This document shows, piece after piece, positions 51,015-64,000 of a stretch of DNA of 64,000 nucleotides (positions are counted from its first letter, which is position 1; every line of letters starts with the position of its first letter). This stretch comes from Chiloscyllium plagiosum (Eukaryota): NCBI RefSeq assembly GCF_004010195.1, contig NC_057720.1, positions 20,649,839 through 20,713,838 on the forward strand, written 5' to 3'. Below the pieces are notes generated by a model, which did no database searches, had not been told where the DNA came from, and worked only from the letters and a program-made list of their open reading frames with translations. A program made the translations under genes and the position numbers.

Positions 51015-51870
51015 TAGAATACAGAAGAGTGCAGAACAAGTACAGTCCCTTTAGTTCACCACATCTGTGCTGACCATGATGTGATTCTAAATGAACCCCA
51101 TTTGCCCGAAAAGGGTCCATATACCTCTACTCTTTGCCTGTCCAAATGCCTCTTAAAACTCAGCTATCATATTTGCTTTTACCACTTCTTTTGACAGTGC
51201 ATTCCAGGTTGCTATCACCCTCACTTGCCTCACACATCTCCTTTCAAGTTACTTGCCCTCACCTTAAACCCATGCCTCCTAGTATTTGATATTTCTACCC
51301 TGGGAAACAGACCCTTGAAAATCCATCATATCCACATCACTCAATTTTACATACTTCCATCAGATCACCCTCAGTTTCTGACACTCCTGTCAGAACGATC
51401 TAAGTTTGTCCAAACTCTCCTCACAGTGAACACACTCCAATCCGGGTAACATCCGAGTAAGCATCTTTTGCATCCTCTTTAAAGCCCCCACATCGTTCCC
51501 ATATTGTGGTGACCAGAACTGCACACAACATTCCAAATGTAGCTTAACTAAAGTTTTACACAGCTGCAACATGACTTGCCAAATTCTGCACTCAATACCT
51601 CAACCTATGAAGGGAAGCATGCACGACACCTTCTTTACTACCTTATTCACTTGTGTTGCCACATTCAGGGAGCTTTCAATATGACCCCAAGATCTCCCTA
51701 TATATCCCAGGACCCTGCCCATTGACTGCATACTTTCCTCTTGCATTGACCTCCTAAAATGCATCACCTCATCTCTGGTTTAATCTGCATTTTCCTGTCT
51801 AGCTTTCCTACTCATCTGTATCCTGCTACATCCTTTCTCACTAAACACAAATCCACCAATTTTCATGTCA
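51015..51870 (-). mobile_element. CR1 LINE 3' fragment
   Basis: LVKLHLECCVQFWSP remnant and CR1 tail. Confidence 0.75.
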
Positions 51871-52329
51871 AAGTCATCCTCAATAAATCTAGGCACTAAT
51901 GACAAATTCATAATTAAAACCAACATCTCATTGGAATCAGAGTCACCTTCTAAACAACTGCCTCTCGTCTTTCTTTACTTAAATCAGCTTGTTTAATTTC
52001 TCTCTCTCTTTGGAGGCAAGTTTTTAAAATTCTATTCACACTAGATTTTTTCCCCCAATCTTCTCTTTCCAACTTGAGAATTTTCAATTCAATGTCCCTT
52101 TCCATTTTCCCACTTATCTTTTCATTCCTCTTTCTCAAAGATTTATAAATACAAAATCTATTATTGTATCTTAGCTAATTATAGCAGTGACATTTCAATT
52201 TTAGGTTTTCATTCCGATTATAAATGCTCAGTAATCTCCATCTCCTTCCTAAAAGATTTTGATTTTATTTCTACCTTCAGTTTATCTACTCACTCTCTCG
52301 TTTCAAATAATCTATTATTACATCATCTA

Positions 52330-52539
52330 CAGGTTGTTCTGCTATAACGCACGTTTAGTTAAATGCAAATTTGCTGTAACACGACTATGAATTGGGACAC
52401 TGCTTCTAAAGCTAACACGTGTGTTGGCTGTAACACAATTGCATCGCCAACAGTTTAAGTGCTGTTTCTAAAGTGCGATTTTTTAAATAATGCGGGGTTG
52501 CACAAGAATGCAACCATCCCGTTATAGAAGAATTACTTG
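52330..52539. mobile_element. Tc1/mariner (Tigger-like) MITE, 210 bp
   Basis: Imperfect ~20-bp TIRs caggttgttctgctataacg / cgttatagaagaattacttg, flanked by TA on both sides. Confidence 0.7.
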
Positions 52540-52643
52540 TATTTCAAAAAAGCACAAGCAACATTCAAAGATATTTTCAAAATCTATTAAATAAACTTGA
52601 CCAGACAGCCGTTTATGTGCAGAATCTCCACGTATTTGTTTCT

Positions 52644-53278
52644 GTAAATTCTATGGACTAGACCAGACCCCTCAAAAATATTTTAAGAGGGGAAAGTAGA
52701 CCCCCAACTTTTTCTTATTTTAAAGGTCGGTGTGAAATGCCGTGCTCCAGATGTGATTCAACTGGTCAAACTTCTCACAGTCAAGCAAAACACAATTTAT
52801 TTTAACACTATAGTTAAAGTATAAACAAAAGCAAGAGGAATTTAGAATAATCTAATTATTGGACAACTTAACCGAATAATAGATTAATTACATATTACTA
52901 ATTAATTGTTTCAATATAGTAACATCTCAAACACACCCCTTGGCAAAAAGGCAAATTCAGACATAGATTCTTGCATGTAGATCTCCAATCCAGGAGGGAA
53001 AAATCATCAAGAAAAATCTCACAGGAAGTAGCAGCTAGGAATCATTCACTGAAGTTTCCCATTCTTCTGAGACCCCAAGCAGGTTCTGACTGCTGAAAAA
53101 ATCAAAACCCAGTAATCCTGATCTATGAGAGCTAGCCACACCCATTCAAGCTATTTAAAAAACCCAAGGCCTCAAGTTGTTTACTCTAGTAGTACTGGTC
53201 AACTGCTCAGTGTCTCTGCCTTTACAACCTCTCAAAATAAAGGACAAAATTACCTTGTGAAGTGACAGCATCGTCACA
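52644..53278. repeat. LTR-like repeat (related partial copy ~57195-57510)
   Basis: Begins tgt, ends ...tcaca; shares cagaccc...aacttttt...tttaaagg and caatatag...atctcaaacacacc blocks with 57195-57510. Confidence 0.45.
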
Positions 53279-53289
53279 CCCCTAAGTGA

Positions 53290-54350
53290 GAGTGACTGCC
53301 CTTGACATCAAGGCCACTTTTGACTAAAGTGTGGCATCAAGGAGTCCCAACAAAACTGGAGTCAGTGGACATCAGAAGAAAAACCTTCCACTGGTTGGAG
53401 TCATATTTGGCACATAGGAAGGTTTTTGAGGTTGTGGAGGTCAGTCATCTCCGCTCCAGGACATTGCTACAGGAGTTCTTCAGGGGTGTGTCCGAGGCCA
53501 AACCATGCAATTCACCTGCAATTTCAACAATCTTTTGCCATTAAGGTAAGAAGCGGGGATGTTTGCTGATGTGTGCACAATGCTCAGTATTTTTGGCAAC
53601 TCCTCAGATACTGAAGTAGTCAATGTCCAAATGCAACAAGACCTGGCCAATATCCAAGCTGAGTCTGAAAAATAACAAGAACATTTGCACCACACAACTG
53701 CCAGACAAGGACCATCTCCAATAAGAGATTATCATCACTGAATCTCCCATCATCAGCATCCTGAAGGTGGCCGTTTAAATACAACAGCAACAAAAGCAAG
53801 TCAGCGGGTAGGTATATTTCAGTTAGTAACTCACTTCTTGACTCCCTGTCCATCATCTACAAGGCACAAGTGAGTGTGTGATAGAATACTCTCCACTTGC
53901 CTGGATGAGTGCAACTCCTACGGGACAAAGCAGCCTGCTTGATTGGTTCCACATTCAGAAACATTCATTCCCTGCATCACTGATGCTCAGTAGTAGCAGT
54001 CTGTGCCATCTACAAGATGCATTCCAGAAATTCACCAAGGCTCCTCAGATAGCATCTTCCTTACTCACAACCACTTCCATCTAGAAGGAAAAGGACAGCA
54101 CATACATGGGAACACCATGATCTGGAAGTTCCTCACCAAGCTACTCACCATACTCACTTTGAAACATATCACCATATCTGCAATGTCATTATATCGAAAT
54201 CCTGGAATTCCTTCCCTCAAAGTATTGCGAGTCTAGTGACAGTACATGGACTGCAGCAGTTTACCACCACTTTCTCAAGAGCAATTAGAAACTGGCAACA
54301 AACGCTGACCAATACAATGATGCCCACGTCCCACGAGTGAGTGAATAATG
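53290..54350 (+). mobile_element. Non-LTR retrotransposon 3' part (RT), decayed
   Basis: KVWHQG...WLESYL and MIEYSPLAWMSA remnants; tail ...tgcccacgtcccacgagtgagtgaat. Confidence 0.65.
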
Positions 54351-55639
54351 CAAAAATGAAGAGTCCTTGTCTGTTACAGCTCATGGCTTAATATTTTCAC
54401 TCTCCTGTTATTAAACCACCACAATATAAACAGACTTCCAATAATACCCCAGGGGATCTTGCAGTTACCTGCTCTCTCTGAAACATACTGGTTTCAAAGT
54501 CATCATTGTTGAAAGACTTTTTAAAACCCCTTCACAAAAATAGAACCACCATCCATATGTACTGGTTTAAAATTTAAACTCTTTAAAAAAAAAAGTCACA
54601 CACCCCATTTCACTTGCTTCAACTACATATATTCTCTTCTGCTATGAATTATGCACCTATCTTGCTTCCCTTTAAAACTCAATACTATTCTACTTAACTA
54701 ACCATGTGTACATAGCCCCACATTTTACCATTCCTGGCTAAATAAATTTTTCCCGCGTTCTCTATTGGACTTATTATTAATATCTTCTATTTACAGCCTC
54801 TAATGCTGGACCTTCTCAACCTGGAAATATCATTTTTCAACCAGTCCTTCAAATAGCTTTAAGACTGACATGGCCTCTGAGGTCACTCCTCAGTCTCATC
54901 TTTTCTACAGAAAGTAACTCACCCTTTTCGGTGTTTACTGAATATTCTAATCTTTCATTTATGGCATCATCCTCACTAACATTGTTTGCTGCTGTAGCAC
55001 CTCTATCTTAATTGAACACCATCTCATTAAGGTTCTACACATGTTTAATATGAAATGCAGGGACTCTATTCCTCTAGAAATGAGGCCCATTATTATCGCT
55101 GTATTTTTAAGGTTTTTTAATATGTGTGTGGCTATTAAAAATACTTGCAAATGTGCAATCCTAGATCTTTTTACTCCTCTACTTCGACCACTCAGATAAT
55201 TGCATTCCAAGGATGGCGTGGTCTCTGCATTCCTCTTACTAAAATTAATGACCCCACACTTGCTAATTTGTATTTACATGCCCATTATTTAACATCTTGA
55301 ATTTTGTAGCAGTCCCCCCTCAGTCTTAAACATACTAATTTGATGTGAATTGTAAATTTTGAAAATATTGATTCCTGTGAGACACCATTTCTCTCATTCT
55401 CAGTACAATCAACTCTTCTGGAGACATTAAGTTGAAACATTTTCAGTTGATCTTCATTTCTAAATCTTACAGGCAACTAACACATTTTAGCCTCATTAAA
55501 ATGGCTTTGTGTTAACTGAATGCAACGCTATATACATCTATAGTTTAAAAAGCACAAGTAACTTATGATTAGCTACCGCCCATTCACATCTAACTGCATG
55601 CTTTCAGTAGTCATGCCTTCCATACTCAAGTACAGATAT

Positions 55640-56233
55640 AATGTGGGGGTGCCGGTGTTGGACTGGAGGGTGGGGGGTAGAAAGGTCTAAAGTCACACAA
55701 CACCAGCTTATATTTCAATAGGTTTATTTGAAATCACACGCTTTCAGAGCACTGTCCTCTGTCAGGTGGAGTGAGCACCCTGGCACAGACTTTATAATTG
55801 AGGCAAAGAGATAATTACAAAACAAATTAGTATAATATGGTGCTAGAGACAAACCAAAAGACTGGAATAACATGCTAGGTATAAGAGTTGAATGCAGAGG
55901 GTCCACACCTAGCATGTTATTAGAGTCATTTGGTTCGTCTCCAGCAACAACTTAATATATAATTTCTTTCTGCCTCAATTAATCAAATTATAGGTCATCC
56001 CTTCACTTGCTATTCAACTTTTGACACTTTACTCACACTGTCCGAAACTCTTGATTACCTGCAGAGACCTATTATTCAGCCCGTCGACACTCCACTCATC
56101 ATTTGCATGATCTTTTGATCTCTGATTATAAAGTCTGCGCCGGAGTGCTCTCTTCACTTTAGGGCAGTGCTCCAAAAGTTTGAGATTTCAAATTAACATG
56201 TTGGACTATAACCTGGTGTCATGTGACTTTTGA
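55640..56233. mobile_element. Older fold-back PLE pseudo-LTR insertion
   Basis: Mirrored ends (agtcacacaacaccag / cctggtgtcatgtgact); internal inverted repeat at ~55840-55950; imperfect TSD tcaagt..agatat. Confidence 0.55.
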
Positions 56234-58329
56234 TCAAGTGTAGATATTAAGTGTTTCAACACTTTTCCTGTAACAATCAAAACCAAAAAAGTGGGAAACA
56301 AAAATACTTAAAAGGCTCGTGAACCAAAACAAATCACAGCTTAGTTCTTCATGATTCTGTAATACAAACACTGAGTCAGGAAAATTGAAAGAAATAAGGA
56401 TCATGCAACACCACTGTCAATTAGAGAAGACTGAAGTGGGAGAGCCGACGGGAACATAGGGAGAGGTGTGTTTAAGATGGTGATGACAGCAATTATCCAG
56501 AAGAGAAACAGATTTTAATCCATCTGAAGATGAGCAATTCTGATTTTTATGCTCCAACATTGTAGGATTACCAGTGCAGAAAAGCGATTACTTAAGAAAA
56601 TATGAGAGAGAGAGTGAAGCAAGAGAGAAATCAACAGCACAATGAAGAAACCAGATGCACCACAGGAACATTCAAGCCTACACACGGAAGAGGACACTTT
56701 CTAACAATTTTTAAATTTTCAGTATATGCAGACCGAGGCATTATGATACAAGTTTAATTTTAACCCTGGGATACTGTGCCAAATTCTATAGCTTTCAACA
56801 GCATTAAGAGGTGAAAGCCTCTGCTGTTCTGGAACACACTTTGTAATTTATTGCCACATAACAAGTGTCAATGAAAGGATCACTGTCCACAGATAAGATC
56901 GAAAGCTTGTTGGAAAATCTTCAGCTTTTCAGTGCGCAATGGGGTAAATCAGAAGATTGTCATTTACAAGATCCAGTTGGGAACCAAACCTAGGGGAAAA
57001 CAAAGATTTATGTCATGGTTGGCACACAATGGTGACACCAAGAGACCTGCCATATCAGCATCTGTGCACACCTTTCCTAATGTAAATTTTTCTATCATTC
57101 ATTCAGGAGATGTGAGCATTCCTAGCATTGGCGTGACTGGCACTATTGTCGATGCACAGGCAGCCCTTGAAATATGATGGCAACATGTCATGTGTGTTAT
57201 GGACCAGACAAGATAGACACACATACACCCACTGCTCCCAAGAGTACTCTAAGGACATAAACCCAGACCCTAACTTTTATATTTAAAGGCAAGTGTAAGG
57301 TGCTGTTGTTCCACATATGATTTGAGACTTTATGCCAAACACTTTATTCTCACAACATAGATAAAATACAAACAAAAAGAAGAACTGGCAAAACTAACTC
57401 GATGGAAATATTTAACAAGGTAATATGCGATTCAACCACTAATCATCAATTGTTCCAATATAGACAATATCTCAAACACACCCTTGGGCAAAGCAATTTA
57501 GCAAAACAGTTAATATTATCACTTCTTATGCTTTTTTTTGTTTAAAATACAAATCACCTAGGAATACCTACAAGCGGTTTACTTACTGCCTTTCTCTTTT
57601 TGGGCAGAGAAATTAGAAGTTTGGAGAGTTATTTTTTAAATGAAGCTTGACGAGAGGAGGCAGAGGATGTTTTCCCTTGTGGGAGACACAAGGAACAGAG
57701 GCATAATCAGAATACAAAATCACCCATTTAAGATAGAGATGAGGATTTTTTTTCCTTAGGTGATCAATCTGTAGAACTCTTCACCACAGATGGCTGTAAA
57801 GACCAAGCTACTAAGTATGTTGAGATAGACAGATTTTTAGTCAATAAGGGAAACAAAGGTTATGGGGACAAGGAAGAAAAGGAGAGCTGTGGATTATCAC
57901 ATCACTCATGGTACCACTGAATGGCGAAGCAGACTTGGTGGGTGGAATGGTCTACTTCTGCTCCTACATTTTATGGTCTCGGTGAGTTGCTGTAGTACGC
58001 TGTGGAAACTGAACATGTTGAGAGTACATGTTGAAGGCGGATGCAGTGCCCATCATGGGCACTGCCTTGTCCTGGACAGTACCAAGTTTCTATTGGGTCT
58101 CCATTCATTCATGCAACTGAAGAGTACTCTATCATGGGTTAATCATCAACCCTCCGTGCAGGTGACCAACACTACTCACAAAAAAAGACCAAACTTTGGA
58201 AAGTTGGGTGGAGCACTTAAACCACATTCTCAAAATTAGCCTGAGCTGTTAATCAATGAAAAAGCAATTAACAACCTTCCACAGGGCACCATTAACTGCT
58301 TTCTTGATAATCCTCCAAGCCTGTTAGAT

Positions 58330-59060
58330 ACAACAAATGAAATCAAATTCCTTTAGCAAAGAGTGTCTATAAAGCTGGACATTAATGCCTGGTCAAGAAT
58401 CTCAACTTCTTTGACTTACACGTGAAGCAACAAACCATTGTGCAAGAATACAATGAGGCCTTCATTGTGCACCTGTGTAAATAGAAAAGAACAATATAAA
58501 TTTTGCAACTGGCAGAGAAATCTTCTTCATCATCCTGAAAATCACCAGAATTCGTTGAACAACTTAGTGCAACGTCTCGACTAAAATCTGCTGCCAAAGA
58601 GTCAGCGATGTCTAACAAAAAAGCTGGAGGAACTGCTACTTGCAAAAAGACAACTCTGTGAGTAGTATCAGAAAGCAGAACAAGGATAATGACACCACAT
58701 TGGTTGGCCTGACTAAGGCTTCTGACAAATGCATCGTGAGAGCCTTTGAAAGATTATGAAATCTAGCTCTGATGTGGAGGAACCGGTGTTGGACTGGGGT
58801 GAACAAAGTTAAAAACTCTCAATGCCAGGTTGTAGCCCAATAAGTTTATTTGAAAGCAAGAGCTTCAGTTGAAGCAGCAACGCACTGAAAGCTAATGCGT
58901 CCAAATAAATCTATTGGACTATAAGCTGGTGTGAGATTTTTTAAAAGAAATTTGGCTACAATGATACACTCACTTCCATGGTTTGGCAGTTCTGTGACAG
59001 CATTTTCACATGTCATGGAAGATGATAAAACCTTGTGACCAATTCCCAGCCGCTAACGCA
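58330..59060 (+). mobile_element. Decayed RTE-like LINE RT fragment with a PLE-end insertion at ~58770-58945
   Basis: ggcctgactaaggcttctgac...cgtgagagccttt resembles DLTKAFD..NREAL. Confidence 0.4.
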
Positions 59061-62000
59061 AGTGATAGAAATGCAGGTCCCTTTAACACTCAAAAAGGAA
59101 GACGCCAATGTCTTTGAGATCTGGTGTTGCTCACATGATTTTGTATTTAAAAGGTAAATCCATCCCCAGTAAGAGTGCTGACTACTGGATGGGAAAAGAT
59201 GAACTGACTATTTTGCCAAAAAGCTATTGTAGATTAACAATAAAATCCTTGTAAATCTCAATCTTTCCCTGCCAAATGCAATTTATGGATATTGTTATTT
59301 GAAACAAAGACAGCAGAGGGTTAATCTCAATCTCCTTGGCTAGAAAGATGAAGAAAGTAGAAAGTAATCCCTTTTTTTTTGGCAGCCCCTTTGTAGTTTT
59401 CAGAAGTGAAATGACCGAGTCATACTGCAAGATCACAAATTATGATTATCCACTTATGTTTTCAAAACTAGAGCCATACAAGCATATGGGGACTCGGGTC
59501 ACTTCTCTATCAAAGAGACAGAAAAATAGAACTTTACCTTTACAGAATTAGGCATGAAGCATCTCCGGAACTAATGTAACAGACCTTGATACTGAAGCGG
59601 GATTGGTGATTCTTATGAGGTACAGACATGGAGAATGAACAGGTACTGGCACTTGGTAATGCAATACAACGCACACTTCACAGGACCCAGACATTACAGT
59701 ATTCTGCTGAGGAAATCTGGGGCTTCTCATAGAAAAGTAAAGAAGTGTTCTTGATATCTGCAGAGAAACTGCTGACTGATGATAGAAGGATCAGATGGAA
59801 ATTGGACAAACATTAAGATTCCCTTCAAGAACAGACCTGATATATTAAATATCAAAGACATCATCTATTGCAGGGGTAAGTGCTGCTTCAGCTCAAGGAT
59901 TTTAATGAAGTAGTAATGATGAACCTGAAAATATGGAAGATTTGAATGCTTCTGTATTACATTCTGTAAAGATGACAATCAGGTTTAGCATGTCCACCGT
60001 GACAACCATAAGGATAGGGACTATAGTGGACATAGTCACTGAAGTATAGGTGAACACTGGCCTTAGGATATCAGCAGAATGCTTACTGGAAAACAGATGA
60101 ATTTAGGAAAAGTGAGATTTAAGACATGTGCAAGAACATCAATCTTATAAGAATGCACACTCCTGCAGAAAGTCTGTTAAGCAATGACTTTTGTGAAAGA
60201 AGTCATGCAATAACTAATAATATGTTGCACAAAATACTGACAGAACATCCAAATTTTAAGTTACAAACAAACCAGCACGGATAGTACATGTAAAAAGATT
60301 CCTTAAATCATTGGGGTGGGGTGTGTATAGCCCATACCAACTCGTACACAGGCAGAATCCAAAATTTACCTTCAATACAGCATGACGATCCTACTGCACA
60401 AGGAGGAACAATGATCAGCTTAACTCACTGCATTCATCTAAATGCATTACACCACATTAGAAAAGAGTATTAAAGCAGAGGCATCAGAGAAATAAATAGA
60501 ACAGCATTCAGACATTGCATCAAACCACCTAGGGGAAATTTCAGATCTGGTAACCTGGTTTCCGACAAGAGAGAAAGACCCAAAGAATGGAATGGGTCAG
60601 TAATGGATCCGGGCATGCCATGAACAATTTCTTAAGGTAAAATGGAAAATTAGACTATAAAAGGTGCATCCCTTTTAAGTAGTGGGGATGAGTTTTGAAT
60701 TTTCAGCCTCTTAAAATGTTGAAGGTAGTGTTAATGAAGTACCACGTACTTCACATAGAAGAGTTGTACGATTTTGAACCAGAAGGGCAGAACGTAAGAA
60801 CTCAGGAAACGCATACATACATGCACTGACCACGAAGAACATGAGAAAATAATCCTATGTAGGGATTGCTTGCCTAGAGCAGTTTACCAGCCTGCAAGGT
60901 CATATGACTAGGAGTGGCTACAATAGTGGGGCATGCAGTACAAGCTACAGAAAAATATAAAACTGGCTAAATGCCCAAGATAGGGGACGAGAAGTGAAGG
61001 CCATGACTGTGACCAAGAACTAAGAAAATGCAGTTCCAGTGCTGATTCAGAGGATACATTTGAGGAGGAAAAGGTCACGATCTGTAAACAGAATTTCTTG
61101 TCAATGCCTCAGTGATCATTCAAAGATTTCAAAATGAGAAAAGACACCACAGACAAGATGAACAGGTAGCACTGGTAATGAAGAATCTTCTTGGGCAGTG
61201 GATAAAACACTGAAACCCCATGATTGGGTGATGCTCTAGCAGAATGCAAGATAGCTTGATTTATCAGCCTGAGCTAAGAGAGTTACAGAACCAGAAATAC
61301 TTCAGAGCCTTGATAAAAGAGGTCATTCTGCTTTATCATACAAGTGGATCTTGTAAGGAAAAGCTTCCAGTAGAAGGGACCGATAAGGTTAAGAATAGGT
61401 TTGCACTTACAACCTTTTAGGTTGGGATATTTTGGTAAAGAGAAATTACCAATAAACTTGCCTATGGATGGGAAATGGTAATTTTTAAAATCTTCTGTTG
61501 TTTTAACAATTTTCTTGGAATATCAATTTCATAGTGGAGTTTCTTTAGAGTAACTTGTTCGAGTGGGGTATTCTTACAGCCCCCAAAGCAAGCTTCACTT
61601 ACAAGTTCTGATGTTTGACTTCGAATCCTGGGATAGGCTCATACAGCATTGCTGCATCTCATACAACCAAATAAAATGAAATGCAGCCTCCCTCAAAAAC
61701 AAGCGTAGATCAGATGCAAACATAAAATCGTTGGAAATGAAAATGCAGGCCATGTACTTATCACACCTCAAATGACTGGTGTAGCCTGGCCTATTTTCAG
61801 CATAACTTTTGAGGCACAGGTTGACATTGACAATTAAGTATCTTGACAAAAGAGTCAGCTTTGAAACCATCGTTGATATTTTTATTGAAGTGGTCCTACT
61901 TTTTAAAATTGCCATCCTATGCTATTCCATCCTTTCCAAGTCATTTCTCTTGTGCTACAACCAGCTAATTCCTCTCACCCTCTCAAATCGTCCCCACCAC

Positions 62001-62269
62001 CCATTTCACACCTCCCATGCATCCAACACCCCTTCTCAGTCCCCTATTCCTCCAGTCAACATAAAATTTGGTTATTATGCTACCCTCGTCTTCTGCTGTT
62101 TTCTTCTTCCAAACTCTTACTCCATTGTCAGCAACCATCAGCAGCTACATATGCTCCAGTCAAAATCACATCAAAGCACCTATACTTCAAAGCAGTGACT
62201 GCTAACTAAAGTTCCAAGGAAAGTAAAGCCATATATTTTCAGTATCTGCAGACATTAGTTCCAGCCTTG

Positions 62270-62680
62270 TTTCTTCACAGTGGAAGACATGAGTAATATC
62301 CCAATAATAATGGAGAGCCAGGGGGCAGAGTTGAGTATGGTAGCTATTACAAAAGCGAAAGTGCTAGAAAAGCTAAAAAAGTTTAAAAATTGATTAATCT
62401 CCTGGCCCCGATGGACTATGCCCGAGAGTTCTGAAGGAGGCGGCTGAGGAAATAGCAGAGGTGTTGGTTGTGATCGCTCAAAAGTCACTGGAGTCAGGGA
62501 AAGTCCCAGATGATTGGAAAATCACTGTTGTAACCCCCTTGTTCAAGGATCAAGATAAGATGGAAGACTATAGGCAGATTAGCCTGACCTTGGCTGTTGG
62601 TAATATTCTAGAAACCATTGTTAAGGATGAGATTTCTAAATTCTTGGAAGTGCAGGGTTCGATGAGAACAAGTCAGCATG
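62270..62680 (+). mobile_element. CR1 ORF2 fragment, similar to 26690-27075
   Basis: KSLESGKVPDDWK...YRQISLT. Confidence 0.8.
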
Positions 62681-64000
62681 TCATAGAGATGTACAGCATG
62701 GAAACAGACCCTTCGGTCCAATCTGTGCACGCCGACCAGATATCCCAACCCAATCTAGTCCCACCTGCCAGCACCTGGCCCATATCCCTCCAAACCCTTC
62801 CTATTCATATACCCATCCAAATACCTCTTAAATGTTGCAATTGTACCAGCCTCCACCACATCCTCGGTAGTTCATTCCACACACGTACCACCCTCTGCGT
62901 GAAAACGTTGCCCCTTAGGTCTCTTTTATATCTTTCCCCCTCTCATCCTAAACCTATGCCCTCTAGTTCTGGACTCCCTGACCCCAAGGAAAAGATTGTG
63001 TCTATTTATTCTATCCATGCCCTCATACTCTCATGCCCTCAAGGTCACCCCTCAGCCTCCGACGCACCAGGGAAAACAGCTCCAGCCTGTTCAGCCTCTG
63101 CCTATAGCTCAAATCCTCCAACCCTGGCAACATCCTTGTAAATCTTTTCTGAACCCTTTCAAATTTCACAACATATTTCCAATAGGAAGGAGACCAGAAT
63201 TGCACGCAAAATTCCAACAGTGGCCTAACCAATGTCCTGTACAGCCGCAACATGACCTCCCAACTCCTGTACTCAATACTATGACCAATAAAGGAAAGCA
63301 TACCAAACGCCTTCTTCACTATCCTATCCATCTGCGACTCCACTTTCAAGGAGCTATGAACCTGCACTCCAAACTTTATCTGCCACTTCTCAGCCCACTG
63401 GCCCATCTGATACAGATCCTGTTGTAATCTGAGGTAACCCTCTTCACTGTCCACTACACCTCCAATTTTGGTGTCATCTGCAAACTTACTAACTGTACCT
63501 CTTATGCTCGCATCCAAATCATTTATGTAAATGCCAAAAAGTAGAGGGCCCAGCACCAATCCTTGTGGCACTCCATTGGTCACAGGCCTCCAGTCTGAAA
63601 AGCAACCCTCCACCACCTCCCTCTGTCTTCTACCTTTGAGCCAGTTCTGTATCCAAATGGCTACTTCTCCCTGTATTCCACGAGATCTAACCTTGCTAAT
63701 CAGTCTCCCATGGGGAACCTTGTCAAATGCCTTACTGAAGTCCATATAGATCACATCTACTGCTCTGCCCTCAATCTTCTTTGTTACTTCTTCAAAAAAA
63801 CTCAAACAAGTTTGAGAGACATGATTTCCCACACACAAGCCATATTGACTGTCCCTAATCAGTCCTTGCCTTTCCAAATACATGTACATCCTGTCCCTCA
63901 CGATTCCCTCCAACTTGCCCACCATCGAGGTCAGGCTCACCGGTCTATAGTTCCCTGGCTCGTCTTTACTGCCCTTCTTAAACAGTGGCACTGCATTTGC
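62681..64000 (-). mobile_element. CR1 LINE 3' half, runs off the right edge
   Basis: ORF 63023-63991 RT (DFSKAFDKVPHG, GVPQG, SKFADDTK); tail at 62681. Confidence 0.92.

Larger units (their letters stand above)
44900..52250 (-). mobile_element. Heavily decayed Gmr1-like Ty3/Gypsy LTR retrotransposon internal region (gag-PR-IN-RT-RH), split by younger insertions
   Basis: Hand translation on -: coiled-coil gag ~52100; DYETVKNAIL ~50860; protease-like IGASQSLLL ~49410; integrase MAHKIP, YWSGLHK..FC.PCH, PFSRVL, SDYGSDFT at 47120-46700; RT KEMSTFVT ~45790; RNase H end VDTLSR ~45000. Confidence 0.7.

Noticed and set aside
59060..61500. Possible decayed L1/Tx1 or viral coding remnant (purine-rich + strand)
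   Set aside because: No motif could be recognised with confidence by eye; needs a translated search.
42517..64000. Upstream CNN3 CH-domain exons
   Set aside because: No LENI..F or FEANDLFE-like coding segment recognised; they probably lie beyond the window, though a missed exon cannot be fully excluded.
1..64000. CRISPR array or prokaryotic defence system
   Set aside because: No regularly spaced repeat-spacer array or operon-like gene density; the sequence is eukaryotic with spliceosomal introns.

Overview
Vertebrate genomic DNA, most likely from a shark (inferred from HE1/V-SINE-like SINEs and abundant HER1/CR1-like LINEs), with one assembly gap (6369-6690). Two host genes converge tail-to-tail. 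The last coding exons of SLC44A3 (choline transporter-like 3) lie on + at 11527-11664, 16080-16316, 18528-18626 and probably 19926-19943. The last three coding exons of CNN3 (acidic calponin) lie on - at 42400-42516, 39377-39523 and 35841-36182. The same gene pair is adjacent in human. The rest is intron or intergenic sequence dense in retroelements: a 5'-truncated Penelope-like element (RT + GIY-YIG) with an inverted pseudo-LTR, many tiny TSD-flanked Penelope-derived insertions carrying minimal hammerhead-ribozyme motifs, nested CR1 LINEs, tRNA-derived SINEs and a decayed Gmr1-type Gypsy element (gag-PR-IN-RT-RH order). The most unusual observation is at 15343-15967: one TSD-flanked chimeric insertion made of a full SINE, an intact copy of a LAMP2B-type terminal exon (TM helix + GYxxL tail + 50 nt UTR) and a SINE fragment, which looks like reverse-transcriptase template switching. 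All identifications come from reading the sequence and recalled family knowledge; no database searches were run.
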